This document shows positions 51,315 to 63,900 of a DNA stretch of 64,000 bases, piece after piece (the stretch's first letter is position 1; every line of letters starts with the position of its first letter). The DNA comes from Eledone cirrhosa (lineage: Eukaryota), in contig OZ024743.1 in NCBI GenBank assembly GCA_964016885.1, forward strand, positions 224,998,001 to 225,062,000, in the 5' to 3' direction. The position numbers were made by a program, and so were the translations under genes. The notes beneath the pieces were generated by a model. The model was not told the DNA's origin. It searched no databases and saw only the letters and a program-made list of their open reading frames with translations.

Positions 51315-52362
51315 ACGAAGGAAATGTGGTAAGGAACCAGGTGGACCATAACGCACCAAAGTACTCAATACTTAGGGTAGTAGAGTGGGTAATAGGAACG
51401 AGTAGGACCACGACGGCTGAGCTCAAGCCGTTTCGACGGCTAATTCTGGACTAAATGAACATTTTTATCCTGGTATATGAATAGCCGAGCTTCTCAGGGG
51501 GTAATTTCATATATGGTAAAAGTGATTGTCACAAGGATTGGTCAAAAGTTTGTTGTTGAGACACATAATTCTATCATGGCAATTTGTTGAGGGAAGGGGT
51601 AGCTGAACCTGCCAGTAGAAGAAAGAGGGAGAAGGGGTGCGTTGATAGTTCCAACTACATATGGGACCTCAAGGATAACAATATTACCTATGATCTCACT
51701 TGGAGGTTACTGTCCAGAGTCAACTCTTACACGGGAGGACGCCATCCGTGCAATTTATGCTCGGAGGAAACTTTACAAATGCTGTTTTCGACGGACCAAC
51801 TCCTAAACAAGAAAGATGAATTAATTTTCTGTATCAAATTTTTCATATACTTCGTACGAGCATTTATGTAGTTTGCACTAGAATTTTTGTATCGTGGCGG
51901 CACCCTTAGAGATAGTATTAGTCTTCTTTTTCAGGATTCTGAATCATTATTTCGTATTAGTTTATTTTTTTGCCACTGGGTGGTTGCTGGCCTTGTGCCT
52001 GGGGTAGAAACCTTTATTTCGTATTAGTCTCGGGACTCTGAATTATTATTTCGTGGTAGTTTCTTTAGTATTTTGGCCCCCCACTTGTTGACCTGTCACC
52101 GTAAGATATACTCGGTTGGTTACTAATACCTCTTAAAAGGGTCTCATTATAATTCCGTCCAACCTAGTAAACCTTTCTTTAGTCTAGCAGTACCAGTGAG
52201 AGACTTGATAGCTGTCCTTAGGTTATAGTAACCAGAAATTGTTTTTTTTTTTTTTATAATTAATTGTTTTTTTAACATTCTCGGTATTTTTCTATATATT
52301 TACCCCATATTGTTTTACTTATTGTTTTACTTATTGGAACTCCTTTAACCATCTTCTGTTCT
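51315..52362. mobile_element. Penelope-like element remnant: inverted pseudo-LTR with hammerhead, plus 3' end of GIY-YIG endonuclease
   Basis: ORF 51584 'SNYIWDLKDNNITYDLTWRLL..SYTGGRHPCNLCSEE..LLNKKDEL' resembles the PLE endonuclease C-terminus (SxYIWxLK..W..CNLCxxEK..LNKxxEL); bounded by (TA)n. Confidence 0.75.
51407..51502 (-). ncRNA. Type I hammerhead ribozyme-like motif (G8A, long stem II)
   Basis: ACCCC-CTGAGAA-[G..CGGCTA..TAGCCG.C, 56 nt]-GAA-ACGGCT-tgagctc-AGCCGT-C-GTGGT. Confidence 0.65.
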
Positions 52363-52400
<38 letters not shown>

Positions 52401-52492
52401 GCATATATATATACATGCATATATACATATATATACATGCATATACATATATATATACATGCATATATATATATACATATATATATACATGC

Positions 52493-52525
<33 letters not shown>

Positions 52526-52612
52526 CATGCATATATATATATACATGCATATATATATACATATATATATATATATACATGCATATATATATATATATAT
52601 ATACATGCATAT

Positions 52613-52952
52613 GGAGGCATGTGGCTTAGTGGTTAGCGCATTGGCCGTGCAATCGAAAGGTTTTGAGTTCAATTCTCAGACGGGGTGATGTGTTGTTTCC
52701 TTGAGCAAGACATTTTATTTCATATTGCTCCAGTTTACTCAGCTGTAGAAATGAGATGATAGGGACTGAGGTCCATATCATTCCACTGCAAAGTGGTCGT
52801 GGAGGTGTCACGGCAAAAAAAGCACCCAGCACTCACTGTAAATGAGGTTGGTGTTAGGAAGGGCATCCAGCTGTAGAAATCAAGCCAGAATCAGTTCCCG
52901 TCCCACCCTTGCAAGCAGGGAAAAGCGGACGTAAAATGATGATGATGATGAT
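52613..52952 (+). mobile_element. Second copy of SINE family 1 with RTE-derived tail
   Basis: Highly similar to 50781-51123 end to end. Confidence 0.85.
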
Positions 52953-53580
52953 ACATGCATATATATATATTGCATATATATATATATATACATTTATAAG
53001 ATATCTATTTTTAAAGTTCTAGTTAAACTTTAATTAGTTATCTACATAGCTATGTGTGCTTACACACTTCTACAAATTATTCCCTGTGATTGTTTCATAT
53101 GTTTATTTTAGATATATATATGTCAATCAATTTCTAGTTGATATAAAATGCTCGGATCTATTCATTGGAATCTTGGAACATATTCTACAGTGGATATGGC
53201 ACGTGTCTCTCACATGACACCCTTAAATTAATTTAATTTAATTTTGAATATATATATACATGCATATATATATATATATATATAATATATATACATATAT
53301 ATATATATGCATATATATATATATACATGTATATATACATGCATATATATATATACATGCATATATATACATGCATATATATACATGCATATATATATAT
53401 ATATGCATATATATATATACAAACACATATATATATGTGCATATATATATATACATGTATATACATACACATATATATGTGCTTGTATATATATACATGT
53501 ATATACATACACATATATATATATGCATGTATATATATATATATATATATGCATGTATGTGTATATATATATATATATAT

Positions 53581-56500
53581 CATATTACGCGCCGGCTGGT
53601 TCACCCTTTCAATCACTCCCTTCTCTCACCAAATATAAATAAACCTGTTACGAGGTACGAATCTCAGAATTTGTCAACACTTATTAATGGTCAGACCTCG
53701 TCCCCTGCGAAATGTAATGTAAATGCCATTTTTTTCTTGTCTCTCCAGCCTATCGGTCCATTCATTCATATATCCGTATCATTGCCCAGAATCCAATCTT
53801 TTGCTCTCTCTCAATGCTATTCTATAATTCTGTCTGGTTGTTTCTAAATAATCTTCATGTATTTTAAAATCCCATTATTCGCTTATTATTACTGTTATAT
53901 GCTTGTCCAATTATGCCCAAAATTCGAAGATTTTATTTAAACCCTCTTGCTAACTACCCCATGCCCCTCCCACCCGCCCCCACTCTCCACCATTATTATT
54001 AGGACCAGTCATAAGTCAGCAGCCTATGCTATCACTTCTGGTTGCTTTTCGATATGATGGATGGACTATGGAATTCTGGAGAGTCTGAAAAATCTGGACA
54101 CTCAGTGACAATGCCAAACATAAAGACAAATTCACCTCATGCTGCCGGACGAAAAGGCAAGGACTCCCCCTCTTTGTATCGGCCGCAAATGAGCCACATA
54201 ACCCCAACCACGCGCCCCTCCATTCCCACCCACCAAATGCAATCCAAAACTTCAGAGTTCGTACCATGAATGTAGGCACCTTAAAAGTTCGCTCTAATGA
54301 GGTTGTAGAAATGCTTGAACGTAAGGAGGTTGATGTTTGCTATATCCAAGAGGGAGGGGTGGGTCTGCTAGATTCATTGTGGGTAAAAAACGATGCTATA
54401 AGCTTTTCTGGGGGGGAAATGACAATGGGCTGGGTGGGGTAGGAATCATGTTAGCAGAAAAATGGGTAAATAAGATAATAGACGTAAATAGAGTGAACGA
54501 CATAATTATTAAAATAAGACTTGTCCTAAATAGAACTACTGTGACAGCAATATGTGTGTATGCACCCCAATCCGGACTGCCTGGATTTGGTACTAGAAAT
54601 GAGGAAGGCTCCAGAATCCTATAATTCTGTGACGCAAATAACCTAACTATCTGTAACACTAACTTCAAAAAACGAGACAATCACTTGATCACCTATAGAT
54701 CAGGGGAACACGCCAGTCAGATAGATTATATCCTTACCAGAAGACGTGATAGAGTGTCTGTTTTAAACACTAAATCCCTCCCCCATGAAGAATGCACCTC
54801 CCAACATAGACTCATAGTCAGCGACCTCATAGTCAGGACAAGACGTACTCGACAACAGAGGATGACCATCCTCAGGAGAAAAATATGGAAGCTAAAGGAC
54901 CCCACAACCAGTAATAAATTTAAAAGCATATTACTTGATGCTTTCGACAGTAAGGAAGAGCAATTAGAGTCGTACAATATAGACGAACAGTGGGCTTTCC
55001 TGAAAGCTAACCTGCTGAAGGCAACAGATGAAGTCGGTGGCTGAAGCAGGCCTATAGGCAGGAGGAGAGTAACGTAGTGGTGAAACAGTAAGGTGGAGCA
55101 GTCAATTAAGGTCAAAAAGCAGGCTTGGAAAGTATGGCGGGATGGGGGAAGTAGAAAAGACTATCAAGTGGCCAGGAGGGAAGCTAGGAGACAAGTGTAC
55201 TTCGCAAGAGGGGAAGCAGAGGAAAGAAAGTTCAAGCATGTTCTACAACGGAAGGACCAAAAACGTGAGGTGTTCAGGATTGCTAGGCAATGTGTCAAGG
55301 AAAACAGTGATATTGTCGGGGAGAAGTGTGTCCTTAATGATGATGGTGTACTTGCCATCACTGACGCTGATAAGAAGGTAGCTTGGAAGTGTCACTACGA
55401 AAGGCTACTAAATGAGGAGAATAAATGGGAGAAAGACAGTCTCCCCCACATCGATCCAATAGAGGGACCAGCAGTGCTAGTTGAAGGTAGTATAATAAGT
55501 AAGGCAATCAAAGATATGAAGACGGGCAAGGCGGCTGGGCCTTCAGAAATAGTTGCTGAAATACTGAAAGCATCTGGAACGGTGGACACACTATGGTCAC
55601 CCAGATAGTAAACCATGTCATACAGAATGGGGCCGTTCCGAAGGACTGGAGTAGCAGCATCATCATTAACTGCTACAAGGGTAAAGGAGATTCCCTAGAT
55701 AGGGGAAACTATAGAGGCATTAAATTAATCGACCAAGTCATGAAGGTCACAGAAAAAGTAATAGCACAACTAATCAGAGAACGAATTGATCTAGATGAAA
55801 TGCAGTTCGGGTTTGTGTCAGATAAAAGTAGCACAGACGCTCTTTTCATTGTACGACAACTACAGGAGAAGTACCTAGCTAAAAGTAAACCCCTATACTT
55901 AGCTTTTGTTGACTTGGAGAAAGCCTTTGACAGAGTCCTCCGCTCCATTATCTGGTAGGCTCTTAGAAAACTAGGTGTTGATGAATGGCTTGTGAGAGCT
56001 ATACAAGCCATGTATAAAGAAACAGTCAGCAAGGTTAGAATTAACAACGAATAGATTGAAGAGTTTAGCGTAAAAGTTGGTGTTCATCAGGGCTCCGTTC
56101 TTATCCCCCTACTATTTATTATTGCCCTTCAGGCTATAACAGAGGAGTTCAAGACCGGCTGACCATGGTAACTCCTATATGCAGATGATCTAACGCTCAT
56201 AGCTGAACTAGAGAAGAAATTCCAAACATGGAAGCATGGCCTAGAATCAAAAGGCCTTAAAGTTAACTTGTCTAAGACTAAAGTTCTAGTTTGTAGGAAG
56301 GAAAATAGGGCACCGGTCCCATCTGGGAAATGGCCATGCTCAGTGTGTAGGAAAGGAGTAGGCAGAAACTCCATTTTATGTCCCAAATGCAAAGTATGGG
56401 TGCATAAAAGATGTAGTGGGATCACAGGTAAGCTAACTAAGAATATAGATTTTATATGTGGCCGGTGCTCTGGTGCATTAAGTAGCAGCAAGTGCCCACA

Positions 56501-57693
56501 GAATACTAGCTCATTACATTGCACAGATGGTTCTATAGAAATAGTGGACACCTTCCATTACCTGGGTGACAAAATCAGCAGTGGGGGAGGGTGCTCTGAA
56601 AGGACAGTACGTAGAGTCAGAACGGGATGGAAAAAGTTCAGAGAGCTTATACCACTATTGGCCGTTAAAGGGTTCTCTCTAAAAATGAAAGGCAGGATGT
56701 ACGATACCTGCATACGAACAGCAATGTTACATGGGCATTGTGTGCAGAGGATATACGCAGACTGGAGAGAAACGAAGCTTGCATGCTCCGCTGGATGTGT
56801 AATAGTGATTGTGTAATATACATGAACGGCAAAGTATAAACGAACTAAGGGAAAAATTAGGAATAAGAGGGATCAGATGTTGTTTACTCGAGAGAAGACT
56901 ACATTGGTACAGTCACGTGATGCGCATGAAAGACGACAGCTCTATAAAAAAGTGCAGGGTGATAAAAATAGACGGTAGCCACGGAGTAGGCAGACCCAGA
57001 AAAACCTGGGACGACTTGATAAATTCCGACCTCACACACTTACACCTCTCCAAGACAATATCACTGGACCAAGATCTTTGGCACTACACAGTTATACAGA
57101 AGACCCGCCTTGCCTAAGTACAAAGCGAAACCTACAGTCAGTAGGCACCTCTAACAAAAATACACCCCCGTCCCACTATCCTCACCCCATCCACACTACC
57201 CCCTTAAATGTGAAGTTATGTTGGTACCACAACATCCAGTCCGAAACAAATGAGGTCGTGTAGGTGTCAGTCCATGCTGTAATGTGGCCATGTAGGTAAC
57301 ACGGTAAAAACCTCCCAGTCCACACTGTAAATGTGGTTGGTGTTGGGAAGGGCACCTAGCCGTAGAAAACCCGCCAGACGTGTAGGTGTCATGACAAAAA
57401 AACACACAGTCCATGCTGTAATGTGGCCGTGTAGGTAACACGGTAAAAACCTCCCAGTCCACACTGTAAACGTTTACAGTGTGGACTGGGAGGTTTTTAC
57501 CGTGTTACCTACACGGCCACATTACAGCATGGACTGTGTGTTTTTTGTCGTGAAGGAATGGCATCCAGCCGTAGAAAACCCGCCAGACAGTCCTATACGA
57601 GCAGGACAACCAATCTTGCCTCAAGTGGGAAAACTCCCGTCCAAACCCATGGAAGCGTGGAAGATGGACGTTAAACGATGATGATGATGATGA
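53581..57693 (+). mobile_element. Near full-length RTE LINE (APE endonuclease + RT with PHD-type finger), disrupted; 5' boundary uncertain
   Basis: APE motifs from 54251 (FRVRTMNVGTL..DVCYIQE, GVGI, VYAPQ, SQIDYIL, SQHRLIV) with an internal deletion near 54582; RT motifs as in the 11.1 kb copy; multiple stops and frameshifts; (GAT)n tail. Confidence 0.92.
57389..57553. repeat. Spacerless ~82-bp-arm palindrome inside the RTE 3' UTR
   Basis: Centre gtaaac|gtttac at 57471/57472; arms nearly perfect. Confidence 0.92.
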
Positions 57694-57918
57694 TACATAC
57701 ACATATATATATATGCATGTATATATATATATGCATATATATATGCATGTATATATATATATATGCATATATATATGCATGTATATATATATGCATATGT
57801 ATATATATATGCATGTATATATATATAATATATATATATATATGCATATATATATATATATGCATATGTACATATAGGAATATATATATATGCATATATA
57901 TATATATATATATATATA

Positions 57919-57949
<31 letters not shown>

Positions 57950-58934
57950 CATATATGTGTGTGTGTGTACATATATATACATATACATATGTATGTATAT
58001 ATATATATAAGTATATATATATATATAATGAAATCAGTAAATAAAACACCTATATTTGCAATCCAATTAACCATGAATGACTGCGAAGAATCCAATGCCA
58101 TTCTGTCACACATTCATGACAGAGTATAGACTGTTGCTTGGTGTAATGAAAAGACCATACAGACAACAACTTCCATATCGATCCTGAGTGTAGACTAATT
58201 GATCCAACTACCCAACTAAGTTAGTATATTCCAGATATAATTATTTTTAAAACCAAACAAGCCACAAGATTATACCTATTGGACAATAAAAAAACCTTCT
58301 GTTATTAATTGATTCAACAATATAATAAAATAATTACAAATTTACCTAATAGTTGAATTTTATTAAATCATTAAAAATCTCATTCTCCAAAATGTACTTG
58401 AGCTTGGCAGTAGTTTAGACCCTGTTAGTGATCATCATCATCATCACCATTTAACATCCATTTTTTTCATGCTAGCAAGGGTTAGACGAGTTATCCTGCT
58501 GTGAGCAATGTCAGGTCAAGTGACCATATCATGCTCATATAGAACTGATTTTCGCTTGGTTTCTACAGCTGGATGCCTTTCCGAGCACCAACCTTATTTA
58601 CAGTGAGTACTAGGCAGCTTTTGTTGTGATACCTAGTGATATTGATATCAAAGTCATAGTGTATGTGAGAAAGTCCCTGAATTTCATTCAAGGGTAAAAA
58701 AAGTGAAGGTGTATAGCCTAGGGTGCGGGATTCATGAATATAAGGTTGTGGATTTGATTCCCGAACCAGGTGACATGTTGTGTTCTTCAATATGATGCTT
58801 TATTTTATGGGTTTTTTTAACAATAGGGCTAGGGCCCTTATCATTAAAAGAAACAAGAAACTTCTTAAGAGATACAACCACATAAGAGGCCAACTAAACC
58901 TGCATAGTTGTGAGCTGTAAGTTTCATTTCATTT

Positions 58935-60140
58935 CGAAGAAGGTGACCCATTGTTTGATGTCACAATGTATAACTACAACAGAAAATATAATTTTCTAGA
59001 AATAGCTCCATACTGAGATGATTGTTTAATCATCTATTACCATACAAACGGCCCCTGTTTTGGCACATAGAAATGAATTCATAGAAACTTTCAAAGAATT
59101 TAATTTGAAGCTTACAACCAAGACAAATATAATGGTTGCAAACCTTACAGATGTCTCTTTAGACAAAGATTGCCCCATATCACCAAAACTTTAAAGGAAA
59201 ATTACATATCATTAATAGTTGCTCTAATGCCTTCTTTCCTAGTTATTAAATATTTAGTCAGAAACATTACCAGAAGAATCAGAAACATATCCTTAGATAA
59301 AGAATACTTTAACATTATTGTGGGTCATTATAATTATGCATTAAAAGAGAGCAGATTCAAAAAACTACATCGAACATCATAAGAAAAGAAAGACAAAATA
59401 AAAATAGAAACAGAATAAGCATTTTGTTCAACACCACTCACATCTTTCAATTTAAATATGTCAACCAGTATAGCTGCAAGCTTTGTATATCATAGATACA
59501 AACATTGTCTACACATTCATCCTTATCACAAACTCTTTAACAAAAAAAAATAAATAAAAATAATAAAAATAACATTAACCCTTTAGCATTTACATTACTC
59601 TACATATTCTATAGTATTTTTTTAGTAAAGGCTCATGTAATTATCTCACATAATATCGAATCTACAAGATTTTGATGATATTTATTTTGAGAACAATACC
59701 TTAACATCAATATGAATGGCCAGTTACAGCCTGTTTGGACAGAAAGAGGTGAAAACATTCTGGCTGGATACAGTTAGTTTAAATGCTAAAGGGTTAAACT
59801 CAGTTACAGCTGTGCCCCAAATCTATTATAAGCAGAATCAATAACAGATATTCCATATACAAAAATATTCCAACCACCTCACCTTTATGCACTTGTAATA
59901 TTATTACATTCTGCCTTCTAGATGATATACATATCACAGAGGCAACTATATGTGATGCAAAGGTGACCTTCATAGATGGTACTTAAAAATGCTACATTTA
60001 CTTCAATGAGAACACTTTTAAGTGTAAGTATGCTTAGTACATACATTCTTTCTGATATATTGCTAGATAAAACCCAACTTTACTATCTCAATATGTTTGG
60101 GGTTTTAAAGACATAACCATTCGGAATCAATAATGAATGA
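58935..60140 (+). pseudogene. Decayed Penelope-like element RT + GIY-YIG ORF
   Basis: Ordered remnants PLFDVTM, NGP, FKEFNLKLTTKTN..NLTDVSLD, RRIRNISLDKEYFN..YNYALKES, LFNP, HPYHKLFN, NNIKLSYSCAPN, CTC..CLLD, ENTFK, LSQYVWGFKD. Confidence 0.8.
59579..59793. mobile_element. piggyBac-type MITE family A nested in the Penelope-like ORF
   Basis: TTAA (59575-78) CCCTTTAGCATTTA...TAAATGCTAAAGGG TTAA (59794-97). Confidence 0.9.
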
Positions 60141-60719
60141 AGCTTATAACTTTAAGTAATACACTAACTATTATGTTTTCCTATTTAATTTATATGCTAC
60201 TATAGAAAACAGACATTAAATGAGGATGATGATGACATGTAGGTTTGTTGTTATTGTAGTATTATTTTTTTTTTTTTTTCAGATATGTCAAACCATTTAA
60301 GCAATAAATATGTCCATCATGTTTAGTTGCAAGTTCCAAATGTTGAATGTAATTTTCAATTACTGATGTTTTCAGCCATGTTCAAATTATCTAGAGGTGC
60401 TAAAAGGCCATTTATTGCTTGAACTTAACGTGACTGTGAAATGTCAGAAAATACATCTTCATGCAAGATGGTATGTTACCACCATCTTTCACCAATATTT
60501 TCAAAAAAGTTTTGACAATCTCAGTCCTCATTCTTATCAGCAATCGAAAATTTCATTTGACATTTAGCGATTGTTATGACAAGGAGGACATATTCATCAC
60601 TTAATGGGATTGTAATAAGCCTTAATGCTTATATTTGGCTTACAATCAAATTTTCTTATGCTTTTGTGACATCATTTATATAAAATTAATATATGTGCAT
60701 TAACTTTGTTTCACCCTGT

Positions 60720-60785
<66 letters not shown>

Positions 60786-60901
60786 GTATAAACCGAAAGC
60801 TGTAGCTGCCATACAGCATGTACTATTTAATTTGTTTGAGGCAATCACAAATCACTCAATGGAGTGAAAAGTTAATATGTTATCACCCAGTATATATATA
60901 T

Positions 60902-62437
60902 ATCATCATCATCAACGTTTAACGTCCGTGTTCCACGCTTGCATGGGTTTGGACGGGGGTTTTCCCACTTGAGGCAAGAGTGATTGTCTTGCTCGCATAG
61001 GACTGTCTGGCAGGTTTTCTACAGTTGGATGCCCTTCCTAACACCAACCACATTTACAGTGTGGGTCTGGGAGGTTTTTACCGTGTTGCCTACACGGCCA
61101 CATTACAGCGTGGACTGTGTGTTTTTTTGTCGTGACACCTACACGATCTCATTTGTTTCGGCCTGGATGGTGTGGCACCAACATAACTTTACATAGAAGG
61201 GGGCGGTGTGGATGGGGTGGGGGTGGTGTATTTTGTTAGAGATGCCTACTGACTGTAGTAGGTTTTACTTTGTATTTAGGTAAGGCGGGTCTTCTCTATT
61301 ACTGAGTACCGCCAAAGGTCTCGGTCCAGTGACATTGTCTTGGTGAGGTGTAAGTGTGTGAGGTCGGAGTTTATCAGCTCGTCCCAGGTTTTTCTGGGTC
61401 TGCCTATTCCGTGGCTACCGTCTATCTTTATTGCCCTGCACTTTGTTATACAGCTATCGTCCTTCATGCGCATCACGTGACCATACCAACGTAGCCTTCT
61501 CTCGAGTAGACAACATCTGATCCCTCTTATTTCTAATTTTTTCCTTAGTTCGTTTATGCTTTGTCATTCACGTATATTACTATTACACATCCAGCGGAGC
61601 ATGCAAGCATCGTTTCTCTCTAGTCTGTGTATATCCTCTGCACACAATGCCCAGGTCTCACTGCCATGCAACATTGCTGTTCGTATGCAGGCATCGTACA
61701 ACCTGCCTTTCATTTTTAAGGAGAACCCTTTAGCGGCTAATAGTGGTATAAGCTCTCTGAACTTTTTCCACCCAGTTCTGACTCTAGCTACTGTACTTTA
61801 AGAGCACCCTCCCCCACTGCTGATTTTGTCACCCAGGTAACGGAAGCTGTCCACTATTTCTATAGAACCCTCTGCGCAGTTGAAAGAGCTAGTATTTTGT
61901 GGGCACTTGCTGCTACTTATTGCGCCAGAACACCGGCCACATGTAAAATCTATGTTCTTAGTTAGCTTACCTGTGATCCCACTACATCTTTTATGCACCC
62001 AAACTTTGCATTTGGGACACAAAATGGAGTTTCTACCTACGCCTTTCCTACACACTGCGCATGGCCACTTCCCGGAGGGGACCGCCGCCTTATTTTCTTT
62101 CTTACAAACTAGAACTTTAGTCTTAGCCAGGTTAATTTTAAGGCCTTTTGATTCTAGGCCGTGCTTCCATGTTTGGAATTTCTTCTCTAGCTCGGCCATT
62201 GATTCAGCTATGAGCGTTAGATCATCTGCGTATAGGAGTTCCCATGGGCAGCCGGTCTTGAACTCCACTGTTATAGCCTGGAGGGCAATAATAAATAGTA
62301 GGAGGCTAAGAACAGAGCCCTGATGAACACCAACTTTTACACTAAACTCTTCACTATATTCGTTGTTAATTCTAACCTTGCTGACTGTTTCTTTATACAT
62401 GGCTTGTATAGCTCTCACAAGCCATTCATCAACACCT
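60902..62437 (-). mobile_element. 5'-truncated RTE LINE, same subfamily as 11144-13409
   Basis: ORF 61798-62505 GVDEWL..GVHQGSVLS..CPWELLYADDL..WPCAVC..HKRC..CGRC..FRYLG; 3' UTR nearly identical to 13010-13390. Confidence 0.95.
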
Positions 62438-62451
62438 ATATATATATATAT

Positions 62452-62494
<43 letters not shown>

Positions 62495-63566
62495 TGTAAA
62501 TGCATATGACATAGTGGTTAGAGTTGAATTCACAATCATGAGGTTGTGAGTTTGATTCCCAGACTGGGCGATGTATTGTGTCCTTGAGCAAGACACTTTA
62601 TTTTATGCTGTACCAGTTTTTACCTTTTCCTTGCAATGTCTTGGTTACCCACTTTGTATGTATACAGATATAACTTTACATGCACTTTGGTTGCTAGAGC
62701 ACTTCTTAAAATATATGTGTATGTGCATATGTGTGCACATGTGTGTGTGTGTATATATATATATATTATGTCTGCTTTCCATGCTAACATATGTTATATA
62801 GGTTGTCATGGTCCAAGACTAGAAGGCACAGAGAGACCACCATTTGTTCATTTTAACCATATTTTGACATGGTTTTTATGGCTGGAAGCTCTTCCTAACG
62901 TCAACTGTTTTATAGAGTGAATTGGGTACATTTTATCATAACACCAGCACTATGACTTACAGTTGTAATTACCACTGAATATTATATAGAACACTCAGAG
63001 CAGAGGAACTCAGGTGCGTTAACAACTATCAAATAGTATGAAAAAAACAGGTAGATAGAGCTTATTAGCTTCGGTTAGCAGTCTGTTGAGGGGAAGGATC
63101 ACTCTGATTTCAAACAGATGGAACTCCTTAGTCACATTGGTGACAACCTTTCATGTGGCCAATGGTTTCATTTGTGATAAAGTCAGATGAGCTGCAGCTT
63201 GATATCCAGCTTCTGATGAAGATTCAGGACCTACCAACATCACTTTTTTCCTGATGAAAATTATGAACATACAGCATCATATAGATTATTGGTGCTATTG
63301 TTCATGGACCCCAACCCTCAGTAATAAAGATGGGAAGAGACCAGACCAGTCTTTTGGGCAGAATCTAGTTAATAAAAGAATTCTTTTATTCATTTAATAG
63401 TTTCAGCTATTAAGCTGTGGCCATACTGGGGCACTTCCTTGAAGAGATTAAGTTAACCATATTAACTTCTATACTTATTGTTTCAAGACTGGTACTTATT
63501 CTATCAATTTTTTTTCATCTAACTGCTACATTGTTGGACATATACATACAGCATACATATATACAT

Positions 63567-63611
<45 letters not shown>

Positions 63612-63653
63612 ATGATATTAAATAAATGGAAACTATATTTATAAAACCATATT

Positions 63654-63715
63654 TATTCTATTATATATATTTTAAGGGTACCAAAAACTTTGGTACGCTT
63701 TCATCAGATAAAATA
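63654..63715 (-). ncRNA. Mirror hammerhead copy with G12A (GAAA to AAAA)
   Basis: Reverse complement reads TATTTTAT-CTGATGA-AAGCGTACCA..TGGTACCCTT-AAAA-TATATATA-ATAGAATA. Confidence 0.65.
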
Positions 63716-63838
63716 CAAAGTGTGTTTTATAAATTTTGACATAGCCAAGGAACATACCTTATCAGTTGAATTTTCCTTGGATAGTCAACTGATAAGGTAT
63801 GTTCCTTGGCTATGTCAAAATTTATAAAACACACTTTG

Positions 63839-63900
63839 TATTTTATCTGATGAAAGCATACCAAAATTTTTGGTACCCTTGAAATATATATAATAGAATA
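63839..63900 (+). ncRNA. Type I minimal hammerhead ribozyme, canonical core
   Basis: Stem I TATTTTAT/ATAGAATA; CTGATGA 63847-53; stem II AAG..TACCA/TGGTA..CTT; GAAA 63881-84; stem III AT-ATAT-AT; predicted cleavage after A63892; AATAAA follows. Confidence 0.8.

Noticed and set aside
52095-52192. Additional plus-strand hammerhead in the PLE remnant
   Set aside because: A stem (tactcggttgg/ccaacctagta) is present but both core segments are too degenerate to call.
50401-53847. Many YI/MH/CV-rich ORFs (also 4357-4639, 36369-36617, 57505-58129)
   Set aside because: Translations of (TA)n, (TG)n and ATGCAT microsatellites.
53581-57693. Active autonomous LINE
   Set aside because: Multiple stops, frameshifts and a deletion in the endonuclease; none of the RTE copies here has an intact ORF.
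60519-60600. Minus-strand box C/D snoRNA (GTGATGA ... CTGA)
   Set aside because: Terminal stem only ~3 bp, no recognisable guide, and such motifs arise by chance in AT-rich DNA.
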